Part shown: piece by piece, positions 1 through 11,100 of the stretch
How the letters are laid out: the number at the start of each line of letters is the position of its first letter
How positions within the stretch are numbered: position 1 is the first letter of the stretch
NCBI RefSeq assembly: GCF_016433145.1
Contig: NC_058133.1
Coordinates: forward strand, 484,435,659 to 484,499,658
DNA length: 64,000 nucleotides
Source: Gracilinanus agilis
Taxonomy: Eukaryota
Reading direction: 5' to 3'
The notes under the pieces: generated by a model
What the model was told of the DNA's origin: nothing
Seen by the model: the letters and a program-made list of their open reading frames with translations, nothing else
Database searches by the model: none
Made by a program: the position numbers and the translations under genes

Positions 1-1039
1 AGGGTCACCTCCACCACCACGAGGGCCCTCCCTTTCAAGCTACCTGGTATTTAACTAGTTGGTGTTCAGTTTTCTGGATGCCCTTCCCATTTATGTAGTA
101 GAGCTGTCCTTGCTGCCTGTTAGAGGGAGGATCTTCATTCTGTGTAGGCAAATCCCTAGAGCCTAGCCCAGTGCCAGCCACGTAGTGGGTGAATAATAAA
201 TGCCTCTTGCTTGACTGATGCTGGCAGTCACCCACAAAGAGGTTTATGGTTTATAGATCTGGAGTCCTGAGGGAATCCAGAGGCCGACACATCAGCTAAA
301 GCCACCGGAGTCTGTGAGTCCTCTAAAGAAGTCCATTTGGAACCACTTTGGGGGTATTTCTCTCCACTGAATGATTTCTAGGAAAACACCAGCTTCCATG
401 TCTTGGCAGGGCCTTCTTCTCAGAAACCCACGAGCCGCTTTGGGCCTACGAGGGGCTACCTATCTTGGCCGCTCTCCTGTCATGAAGAGGCCGCTGGTAT
501 CCCTTCCCACTTCAAACTGCCTCTGGAAAAACTCAGAACTCAGCCATTTTCTTTGTGGCAGCCCAGCAGCCTTGGGCTAAGCTGGGCCCTGCTTGGGAGG
601 AGATGCAGGAAAGCTTGCCAGAGAGCATCTGATGCTATGCTGCGGGCTCATTTAAAGGCGCCATGGGCCATTATTCTGCCCCCCCAGACCCCGTCAAAGC
701 CACAGCCTCCTCTCTAGTGTCCTCACCCCTCGCCCTGAGCCGGGGCCATCCTAAAGCTCCCAGACTAAGGCACAGGCCAGGCTCCCTCCTAGCTAGATGC
801 TGCTGCCTCTGTCGGGGCTGGAGCCCCCATTTCAGCGGGGTGGGTCCCTCCTCCCCTAGGAGACTTGGCTTCCTGGGTCCCAGGGCTTTGGGTGAGGAGG
901 GTCAGTGGACAGGCTTCCCTGCCCCGCCCTGGAGGCGGGGACTCGCTCACAAAGCTTCCTGTCAGGCCTGAGGCAAACAGGGCCAGATGGAGGGTTTTTT
1001 CCCTCCTCTGACATGTGCCTGAGTGGCAGCTGAAAGGAA

Positions 1040-1172
1040 ATGTGTCATCAGTGGCTTAGTTTTAAAAGTGGAAAGCTCGCGCCCGTCGGAGCGACTCTAA
1101 TTTTTGGTCCTTGGTCCGCTGTGCTTCCAGAAGAGCCAGAGACGCAGGGGGCTGGAACACAGCTTTGGTCAG
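1040..1172 (+). other. EVI2A: Candidate non-coding first exon of EVI2A (5' boundary uncertain)
   Basis: GC/CpG-rich block (about 400-1700) upstream of the coding exon; good donor CAG|GTATGT at 1172/1173; EVI2A is known to have a 5' non-coding exon. Exon identity is inferred. Confidence 0.4.
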
Positions 1173-3088
1173 GTATGTCACTAAGAGCTTTGCTTCTGCC
1201 TCCCGGCATCCCTGCCCAGGGCGCTTCCTAGCTGGGACTCTCACTACTGGGGCTCACCGTCCCAGATGGCTCCTTCCAGTGGGTTGGATGTTCTGCCTGG
1301 AAATGGCAACGTCCCCACGACGAGGCGTGCGAGCTCGGGAGTGGGGCTCCCGAGGGCACTAACACCTTGATTCAAGGTGACAGAAAGGTGGCCTGGGACG
1401 AGTCTCCCCTCGGAGAGGCCACAGGTGAAGGAGCCAGAGAGCACGAAGGACGCCGAGACGCCTTCCCTTGGAGCCTCCTGCTTTCTCTGAGGCGAAGTCA
1501 AGGCCTCCTTTTGTCAGGCCAGCTTGTTTACTTGTGGGTGGTGGCCATCTGGCCAGAGACAATGAACAGTGGGGCCCATTATGCGCCCAGTGGGAATCAT
1601 GGTCACAATTTGGGGAGAGGGTGCAGCTCAGAGGCTCTAAAGTAGTCCCAAGGACACATTTCAGAGTCAAAACGCCTGGTGCGGAAGTGCACTCCAAACA
1701 GAAATGCCTGGCCGGGCCTTAAAGGTCTATCTTTTTACAGGTGACTCACTACTAAGTGCCTGAAAACAATTTTATGTGCACCAATCCTGTTAGCCAATTT
1801 CTAGCTCTTCTATAGGGCTAATTACAAAATGGTAACAAGCTTCTCCTAAAGACTCTGCCTTAACATCTCAACATGAAAAAAAAAAAACAGTCATAAAATT
1901 TAATGCCTAATCCATGCAGCAACCAACATATTAACCAGATGAATTCACAACCCCAAATGAATCTAACCTTTGGCACAGCCTAGAAGGCTTCCACCACACC
2001 CTTCGCCCCCAGTTGTCTTATTAAAACAGGAAATTCTGAAGGTCAGATGGGAGTTGGCACTCTCTCCCTCACTCTATCTTGTGTAGGACGCAATGCTATA
2101 ACCCGCTTAGTTTTTCTGAGCACAGCTCTATCTAAAATGCTTCAACCAATAACACACAACATGCATCTTCTTGAACAAGAGACATTTTTCATGGGAAATC
2201 TGTGCTGGGTTCTTGTTAGAAGCAATTTGATCTATTAATCTCAGAAGGTGGATCAAATGTGCTTGCCTCTAGCTTCTACACAAGATCTAAAAGGAAAACA
2301 TAAAGTCAGGGAACTGTTAAAAAAAAAAAAAGATAAAAACCAAACAGAGCCCTCAGTCATGCCCGTTAAACTTGTCTTTCTCCAAAGGAAACAAAATTCT
2401 TTCCTCTTAGATTCTGCTTAGACTCAGAAACACGCTGCCCATTTTAAGTGACTTGGGATGAGTCTCTGTACCACTGCAATTTTAGATCTATTAAAATGAC
2501 TAATTAAAATAAGAATTCTTGTTTTTTCAAATTAATTGCATTGTTTGTTCCTTCTATCCCAAGGCAAAAATGCCTCCTGGCCCCACTTCTCCTTTCACAA
2601 TAAAGACAGTCAGACATTTGCTTAGAGGGTGGGGAAGTTTCTACAAATGATCCTTAACCATAGCAAAAAAAAAAAAGGAATTAAAAAAAGTAAAAGCAGA
2701 AGCAAATGACTCAAAGCTGAAGTCTGGCTTGCTTGAAAGGAATAAGTGACCACAGGGCTCCCTTGTGCACAACATTTAGAAATGATTAATACATCTTTGT
2801 AATGCTTGCTTCCTCCCTCTCTCTACAGTTAGAAGCAGATCACAGAGATTTACATTTCCTCATCCAAGAGCACAAGAGTCAAGGGTGTATATAATTCAGT
2901 TAAGCTGGAGTTCATTCAACTAGGACAGGAAATCTTAAATGCAAGGGTGCTACAAAAACAAATATTTAAGTTCTACTTGACGCCGGAGCTGTCCATCATT
3001 TTGACCAAAAGCCCCTCAGTTCTAGTTTGTGATCACTTACTTATTTGTATTTCTACCTTGGCAGACTGATTACCAGGTGAGACTGGCC

Positions 3089-3778
3089 ATGGAGCCTCCG
3101 GGACTTTACCTGCATGCCGCTCTTCTGGCAACCACCATCTTTTCCTGGATTCCCCAAGTCAAAGCAAAGGACGAGCCCTTCTGGGCTATCAACAGTACTG
3201 CCTGGGACGGCGTGATTCAGAATAAAACAAATGGAAGCCTCCTAAACCCAGAGACTCCAGAACCAGTCACAGTCTATCCTCCCAACGTGGTGGAGACGAG
3301 GACGCCACGGGCCCCACCTCCCTCCCCATCCTTAGTGCCTCCAACTGGACACCATCTTGACACACCTCCTTCTCTGGACAGCAGCACTGGAGCCCTGCCG
3401 AGCACTGACCACCCGGGCAGGGGCCAGGATGACGTGCTGAAAAGGGACATTTGTGAAGAGGGCAACAACAAGATGGCCATGCTCGTCTGCCTGGTCATCA
3501 TCGCCGTCCTCTTCCTCATCTGTACTCTCCTCTTTCTGTCCACTGTGATCCTGGCAAACAGGGTGTCTTCCCTCAAGCGATCGAAGCAAGTGTACAAGCG
3601 GCAGACGAGAAGCAACGGGGATTTTCTGGCCACCAGCGGCCTGTGGCCTGCAGACTCTGACACGCTGAAAAGAGCAGAACAGCTCCAAGGGCCACGGCTG
3701 ATAATGCAGGCCACGGGGACCCTCACAGCTCAGAGGGAAAGGAAGGAGGATGGGGCAACCGAGAAACTCGCTCCCTGA
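3089..3778 (+). CDS. EVI2A: EVI2A, single-pass type I membrane glycoprotein, 229 aa, single coding exon
   Basis: Signal peptide; WDGVIQNKT; DICEEGNNKMAMLVCLVIIAVLFLICTLLFLSTVILANRVSSLKRSKQ TM/juxtamembrane segment and RSNGDFLA-SGLWPA tail match mammalian EVI2A. Acceptor ttctaccttggcag ends at 3064 and the ATG is at 3089. The ORF-track GTG start at 3029 is intronic. Confidence 0.97.
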   Translation: MEPPGLYLHAALLATTIFSWIPQVKAKDEPFWAINSTAWDGVIQNKTNGSLLNPETPEPVTVYPPNVVETRTPRAPPPSPSLVPPTGHHLDTPPSLDSSTGALPSTDHPGRGQDDVLKRDICEEGNNKMAMLVCLVIIAVLFLICTLLFLSTVILANRVSSLKRSKQVYKRQTRSNGDFLATSGLWPADSDTLKRAEQLQGPRLIMQATGTLTAQRERKEDGATEKLAP

Positions 3779-3799
3779 GAGGGGTGAAGAGAAGGGATC

Positions 3800-3805
3800 A
3801 ATAAA
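3800..3805 (+). terminator. Polyadenylation signal AATAAA after EVI2A
   Basis: AATAAA 21 nt after the stop codon; use not demonstrated. Confidence 0.45.
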
Positions 3806-4586
3806 GTCGGGTGGCTGGTGAAGGAAGCGATCCTGTATTTGTGCTGCTGGCAGTAGAGAACCTGGAAACCAAAGGTCAGACAGGAAGGATGCAAGAGAAA
3901 AGTATGTCTGCCCAGAGGACCAGGGTTCCAATTCTGACTCTTCTTTTACTTAGTGGTCCTGGCTGAGTCATCTGGCCTTTATTAAGAGCCTCTAATTAGG
4001 GATCCATCGAGCAAGAATGTTTGGACCATATGGCCTATGATCCAATTCAGTCAAATACTTTAAGCTTGCACTTTTATTAGGACCCTGAAGGTTTCATGGG
4101 ATATTGGTGAAGAAGGACCTAAGATATCAAGTAGCCAAAGATCCTGGAAGGTTTTATAATAAGGCAGCAAAGAATCTGGACCCGAGAGAAATGTAGGAAA
4201 GAGATGGTACAAGACAAAGCAAGGGAAACATTCACCCTCTTCAGCAAGAGCACTTGACAGAAACTCCATCTTGACCTGGTCAGAATAACTGAAATTCGAT
4301 AGTTTAGTCCATCCTCATAACTCGTCACACGTTTCTAGTGGTTAACAGAAGCCATCCAAGTTCTAACTCACTTAAAGGCATCCAGGCTGACACGGTACCG
4401 TCTTCCATTTCAACAAAGCTGGTTCTAAGCCAGTGAAATGGGGACTTTCCATTATGGGCAAGAACTCAGAAAGCTTATTAAAACTATTTTACCTGATAAA
4501 TCCTGGAGTAATCCTTTCTCTTGTATGCTGAATAAAAGCTAGCACAGCAAAACTTTGGCACCGCGCTCCTTGAAAATGTCACTTCC

Positions 4587-4773
4587 GGGGGTAGCTGGGT
4601 AGCTCAGTGGATTGAGAGCCAGACCTAGAGACGGGAGGTCCTAGGTTCAAACCCGGCCTCAGCCACTTCCCAGCTGTGTGACCCTGGGCAAGTCACTCGA
4701 CCCCCATGGCCCACCCTTACCACTCTTTCACCTTTGAGCCAATACACAGAAGTTAAGGGTTTAAAAAAAAAAA
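4587..4773 (+). mobile_element. Full-length young tRNA/CORE SINE (opossum SINE-1-like)
   Basis: GGGGGTAGCTGGGTAGCTCAGTGG A-box head, GGTTCAAACC B-box, CORE segment GCTGTGTGACCCTGGGCAAGTCACT, tail and poly(A). Confidence 0.9.
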
Positions 4774-6729
4774 GCTCTCCCCAGTCCAGCCCAGGCTCAA
4801 TCCTCCATCACCAACTCTTGGCGTCCTCTCTGAGGTCACCACCATTCTCTTCACCGCTCTCCTAGCAGCTGCAGGGACTCCTCACTCTGCTCTCCCCCTC
4901 CGTCTCTCCAGGCTCTCCCTTACTTCCCCAACACACCAATACAGGTTGAATCCTGCTCTGACCAAATCAGATCCCATCGTGCTGCTGCCTTTAGTGTGCC
5001 ACTGCAGGCACCCCCCAGCCCCACATGGGCCTTCATTTCACAGCCCTGTCCTTCACTTGCTCTAGTGGGAACTCTTTCCCTTCCACCTTCCCTCTCCCAG
5101 CAACCACTAGGCCTCCAGGAGATCTCCCTGGCTTGCCCAGCCCCACCTACTTCTCTGGATTGTTATGGGTGTTTTCAGCCTCTCTGAGCACTTAAGAGTG
5201 GGTACTAAGTTAAAAATTCCTTAAAGAATATGTTATCTTTGGGTACCAAAAGCCTCCCACATGGTGCATGTGTCTGTTGACAGGACCTTACAGCAAAGGC
5301 CCAGTCAGGATCAATGAGGAACAGTGAGTGGTGAAAGGGAACCCCGACAATGCTAATGAGCAACCTCGCCTTCGGAAAAGTCTCTCTCCCCTCGCTGGAG
5401 AAGTGGGGCCTAGAGGTCCCGAATGGCCACCTGTTGTCCCACACGTGGATGGGGCTTTTGCTTCTGATTATTTTTTCCTCTTGCAGACACAAGAGAAGGC
5501 TGGGGGTAGGAGCTGCTATGGAAGGAAGATTGTAGGGTATGACTGATATAAAAACAAAGGGTGATGATAAAACTTTTTTTTTTTTTTTTTAAATTTAAAG
5601 AAAAGGCAACAAGGGACGGTAATTTGTATTAGTTCTAAAAGCACCAGAAGGCCAGAGGGCAAACATACAAGTTAGACTTCTGCCTGTGTCTAAGTGCAGC
5701 ATAAGCCTTCTTTTGTGAGCCATAATAGAAAGTTCCCAATTCTGCCTCACTTCAAGGGTAGACCTCCCCATAGAGCCCAAACTACATTTGCATGAATTGT
5801 CTTCCATATCCAAGGAAAAGTCCCACCCAAAAGGCTTTGGAAAGACTGAAATCATCATCCCAGGCAATGATCAATTAACATTACTGGACAATTTATTGAA
5901 AAGACAAACAAAAGGAACCAAGACACAGGTGGCCTAATGATCTTGAACATACAGCCACACTGGAAAAGCTGCTTTGACACAGGTTCCCTTTTGATTGAAC
6001 ACATCCTTGTCAGGCTGACAAGGAGAATATTCAGAGTAGGCGACAGTCTTCTCTCATCCTCTAGGTTAAGTCATTAATCTTGGGCTTTGTGCCAAGAGTC
6101 ATCCAGGGACAGATTTTAAATTCTTAACAATTATGCTCCTGCTTTTATTTTCCCATTAAGTCAAATTTGTCATCCATCTCAATACCCTCTCCCTTCAACC
6201 TTTTGCTCTAAGAAAATGGGCTACATTTTTAAAAGGGGGGGGGGGAGGAGAAATATGCACTAAAGCAAAATATTGTGACTGATTGCTAAATGCGCTTCTA
6301 ATTTAACAAAAATTAGCTACTTTGAGGAATTATTTATATAGGGGAAAAAATAGTGCTGGAGTTGAGTGAGGACAATCATGGATGTCAATCCCAGTTTCAA
6401 TATTTACTAGTTAGTGATAACTCATTTAATTCTGAGACTCAGTCTCCTCATTGGTAAAATGGGAAATAAATTACACTTTTGTCACTGACCTCTTTGATTT
6501 GTTGTGAGGGAAAGTGCTCCAGAAATCAAGTTTGTAAACGCCCATTTTACTTCTTCTGAATGGATTTTTAACTTCAGACAAACTAAATTATAAAGCATCA
6601 AATCACGAAAAATTTGGTATCTGAGTTAACAAAACCTTAAGTTCCAGTTTTTCACTCATCTTAAACATCCTGGGGCTAGGCTTCTTGGTCTTTCTTGTGC
6701 CCTGCATACCTTGGGTATGATAAATGTGG

Positions 6730-6890
6730 ATAAATGATAAACTCTGGATCTCTTTTCAGAACTATGCTTTTTAAAGCATAAAATAAAATAGAGGATTATA
6801 AAGGAAACCAATCATGTTGAAATATAGCTGTCAAAATACTTTTTAAAAGACAAGTTGACAGACCTCTGACTTAAGAACTCCTACCCTAGA
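6730..6890. mobile_element. Old hAT/Charlie1-type non-autonomous remnant
   Basis: Degenerate match to the Charlie1-like motif TCAGAATAATG...GCATAAAATAAAATA..GGATTA.AAAGGAAACCAAT...TTGAAATA.AG.T.TCAAAATA; family recognised from memory. Confidence 0.5.
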
Positions 6891-7117
6891 TGTTCTGGAC
6901 CATACTGTAAGATCTGAAAATGAGTATATTGGTCATCTAGTACAACCAATTTATATTTTACAGTTACAGAGACTTAAGTCCCACAGAGGTTAAGTGACTT
7001 GCCCATGTTCACATAGGTCCTAGATGGAAGAGTCAGGACTAGAATCCAGGTCCTCTGGGCACTTTACATTGTACCACCACTTATCAGGTTAAGTTTTCAT
7101 CACAAGTTTAACTAAAT

Positions 7118-7333
7118 GGGGCAGCTGGGTAGCTCAGTGGATTGAGAGTCAGGCCTGGAGACGGGAGGTCCTAGGTTCAAATCTGGCCTCAGACACTTCC
7201 CAGCTGTGTGACCCTGGGCAAGTCACTTGACCCCCATTGCCTAGCCCTTACCACTTTTCTGCCTTGGAGTCAATACGAGTCAATATACAGTATTGACTCC
7301 AAGAGAGAAGGTAAGAGTTTAAAAAAACAAAAG
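7118..7333 (+). mobile_element. Full-length SINE with 15-bp TSD
   Basis: TSD CAAGTTTAACTAAAT at 7103-7117 and 7334-7348; A/B boxes; CORE; A-rich tail. Confidence 0.92.
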
Positions 7334-7985
7334 CAAGTTTAACTAAATGCTACAATTTTTATATTCCTTATTTAGGTTAAATATGTATTCTTCATTAATG
7401 GAAAGCCTCTGGTGCCAAGGACATGTACAGTTAATCAGTTGTCATGAATGCTGATAAAAACCCTACTAGGGAGTCACAGGGCTCTACTGGTCACTTTGCT
7501 GGTGTAACATTTCCTAGTTATTGATAACTGCCAAACATGACAAGTAGACAATATTTTTTGAAACAACTTTATGACTCCTATTTTCTAATATCACTGGTTA
7601 TTACTATTTGTCTACTATTAGCTTAACTAGCAGATTAAGAAAAAAAGAATAATTTAGTCATGCAGTTTAATAAAACAACAATGATTTCTTCTAGATGACT
7701 TCAGACACGTTCTACGACAAGAACATTTCACTGAGCTCCTGACAAAAGGAGAGACAAGACCCAACAGACCATTTGCCCACTTTTCTCTTAGGGCTGCCCT
7801 CTGCATAGCCCGTGACGCAGCATGTCAAGACACCAAGGAGTAGGGGTCTACTTAGTGGTGGATCACCGCGGCCCGAGCACAAAAGTGCCAGGGCTCCTGG
7901 GCGGGGATGAGCATCCTGTGACGAGGCAGCCTTAGGCACTGCTTTGGTTGCTGCCTCCACTGCCTGAAGCAAGTGTTGCTACACT

Positions 7986-8002
7986 ACTTCCTCCTCTTCC
8001 TC
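7986..8002. promoter_or_regulatory. Paired ETS/PU.1-type motifs in probable EVI2B promoter
   Basis: ACTTCCTC and TCTTCCTC (GAGGAAGT and GAGGAAGA on minus strand) about 110 bp upstream of the candidate exon-1 donor, beside a GC-rich block; fits the known haematopoietic expression of EVI2B. Confidence 0.4.
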
Positions 8003-8039
8003 AGGCCCCTCCACAGACACCATCTTAAACGGAGTTCAG

Positions 8040-8111
8040 CTATCACTTCTGCTTTCTTTGTCAAACCACTCAAATGTCCATCCCTTGTTGACAAGAGAAG
8101 TTACAGCAGAG
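8040..8111 (+). other. EVI2B: Candidate non-coding exon 1 of EVI2B (5' boundary uncertain)
   Basis: Ends AAGAGAAGTTACAGCAGAG|GTAAGG (strong donor at 8112), resembling my recollection of the human EVI2B 5'UTR; would give a ~6.5 kb intron to the acceptor at 14638. Confidence 0.5.
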
Positions 8112-11100
8112 GTAAGGAGCAATTTTCACAGGGGCATATCTTGGGTTTATATTTGTTTTGTGATGGGTTTCCTATTAAAATGAGTAACTGGTATTCTTCA
8201 CTGGCCTGGAAGATGGCAAAGTGGGTTTTATTAACAACATGGTTGGGTTGATAAGACTTTTAATTAGCTTCCTATTGTGTTTATCATACTAGAAGCAAAT
8301 GAAAGCAGTAACTGAGCTCTGCTATTAGAAGCATTTTATATCCTTATCTTTAAGAACTTTCCTAGTAAGGATTTACGTGAGTGGCAAGAGGCATTAATCT
8401 GCAATTTATTAACAAATTTCTATATTTAAAATAATTAAAATGTCCAATTGCAGAGAAACCTAAATAAACTAGCAAACTAAGGATGGGTCACTATGATCAT
8501 TTGTGGTAAAAGTAGACCCACACACCAAGAATGGGACATCTTTATTTCCTGAAATGTCAAACCTTTGAGATATTTCAGAATCCTGGCTATTATTTTTAAA
8601 TTACCAAAGTCCACAACCAGGAAATGAGAACACTCATTCTTTTCACTTAATTTTTAAGAGACTCCAAAAGAAACAAACCTGAGTACCACATTGTCAATGT
8701 CTTTTCTCCTTAAAATTGAATTGAATTTTAGAGCTTATAGAGTAGAAACAAATATATATAAAGAAGAGAATAGAACAAATGTTCCAAGTTCCCCAGAAAA
8801 AGCATTTCTTGGCAGTTTCTCCGACTGCCTCCCTCCAAACCCCTACAGAAACATGGCTTTTTGAGCTAGAAGGAACCTAAGAGACTACATCTTTGGCAAA
8901 TTACCTAATCTACAAATTGAAGGGAAAGGAGGAGGCAAAAGAAAGAGCATGCTCTCTGAATTGGGCCATAGCTCAGAATTTTTAGATGACTACTCAGGTG
9001 TACCCATTACCAAAATAGTTACCTGATGCTTCTTGCTCTAGTCTCTGAATGCTAAATATACTCTTCACAGGCAGAGTTAGACTCAGTGTATTTTTGCTTT
9101 AGGGTGATCAAATAAAATAAGTTTTTGAATTCCTCTAATCTGTAAAGAAAGAAGGTACAAAACACCAGTCCCCATAGGGCACCAAACAAAATAATCTTTG
9201 TAACAAACCTATTATGCTTAACATCTCATAATAAGTAAACATTACCTAAATTGGGCCTGCTCTGAGTGAATTGGGCACTACAAAATATCTGTTTTGTTTT
9301 TTAAAATCAGAAAATGCTCTATAAATCTAAAGGTTGTACAAAGAGTCTGATGATCAGAAATTATATTAAATCTACTTCATCAAGACAAGGTAATATTCCT
9401 ATATTGTCTTTCCATAAATGCTTTTACTTAACAATTTTTTAAAATTCTGAACTTAATCACCAAATAAAAGGAGCATTTCCATGCATGTAGGTCAAAAAGA
9501 AGATTATACATAAACTACAAATCCCAAATACATCCAAACTTGCTTTTAAGATCCTAATATTCAGGCTTCTTTTGTACCTCCTTCAAGACAGTCATTCAGA
9601 AGCATGAGAGTAATATTTCCCCAGAGTGGCTTCTCTATTTTCAAATCCTTTAAAAATGCCATTCCTGAATTTAGGCAGTATTCAAGGATGTTTTTTTCTA
9701 TTTTCAACAATTTCTAGCTTGATTCTCCCTGAATGACAGGAAGCAAGTGTTAAAGGTGCTGCATTGTTTTCTTAAATAAAATTAAAGCTTTACAAAATAT
9801 CCAGATTGATTAAAATGACCAAAGCAATAAATGAAGAAAGTTATGGTGGCTCCTGGTCAGTCACCCAGTGTTGCAAGGGGGTATTCTTATGGAAACACAG
9901 AGCTGAAAGAACCTGAAAACTGACCAAACAAAAAATCCCAAATGCCCCCCACCTATAAAGCTAGGCCTGTCTGTACCTCCCTCCCCACCAAATTCCAACC
10001 CCCCAGAAGAAAATTTCAAATTTTATCCCTGTTTTACAGTCATTTAAGCAGTACTTCTTAATGTCTAAGCTAATACCTCATTGTAAGGAAAAGCCACTGA
10101 TCTGATTCTGTACTTTCAAACTACTTAATAACAGCTATAAATAATGCCCAACATTTATATAGCACCTACTATGAGCCAGGCACTGTGTGGAGCACCTTGT
10201 GATTTTTTTTATCTCATTCTGATCCTTACAATGACCCTGGGGAGGTAGGTACTATCAGTAGCCCCATCTGACAGATGCAAACTGAGGCAAACAGAGGTTA
10301 AGTATTTTCCCAGGGTACACAGCCAGTAAGTTAACTGAAGCTGGATGTGAATTGGAGGCTTCCTGACTCCATGCCCAGATCTCTCTCCAGCCGCTGCTTC
10401 TATTCCACCCTATAATATTCAAAATAAGCACAGAAGCTCTTCTCCACTTATCCTCTATCTCATTTCAAAGCTCCCATATCTAGACCATGAGTGTGCTGTT
10501 CCTATGGGATGGAGAGTGGGGGGCAGGGTAGGCTGGGAGAAGGGAAAAGTCCTGAAAACTACACTGGCTCCCTGGGACCTTCCCTCAGGAGTCCCTGACC
10601 GGGGGGGACGTCCGCCACCCTCCCCTCTCCCCAGGAAGCGCTTCTCCTTGAGCCCGGTTCCCCATGCTCCCCCTACAAATCCACCTCCTGCCATCATGAG
10701 CCTACTGTATAAAAGGCACCAAAGGTAGGTGAAGGCGGGTCAAACACAATCTCTGCGCCCAAGCAGGGGGACGATGCGCCTCTACAGACAGCGTAACTCA
10801 GGACAGGGATGAAGGAGAAGACAATCATCTCAGCGGGGGACTCAAGGAAGACTGCATGGAGAAGGTGGCCCCCAAGCTGCCGTTCCCCCTAACCTTAACT
10901 TCACCTCTCCTCAAGATTCACTTTATACATTTACCAATTTATTTTTAAAACTCTCTCCTCCCTTTCTGGTGTCCTCTCTGGACAGTGTCTGGCACATGGC
11001 AGGTGCTTCACAAACTGCTGCTGAGGGATACCCCTTGTTCCTTCCTTCCTAGAGTCCCCAGGGGACCCTTGAATAAACACCTGTTGAGCTGAGCAGCTTT

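Noticed and set aside
3029-3088. N-terminal extensions of EVI2A (GTG 3029) and OMG (TTG 25360) in the ORF track
   Set aside because: They run through polypyrimidine tracts and acceptor AGs, so they are intronic; homology starts at the downstream ATGs.
3274-3931. Minus-strand ORFs of 150 and 199 aa overlapping EVI2A
   Set aside because: Antisense shadows of a GC-rich CDS; no recognisable domain. The same applies to 15160-15420, 15556-15780, 25782-25970 and 26178-26369.
4587-4680. tRNA-like A/B boxes in SINE heads
   Set aside because: These are tRNA-derived SINE promoters followed by CORE and tail; there is no cloverleaf or anticodon arm, so they are not tRNA genes.
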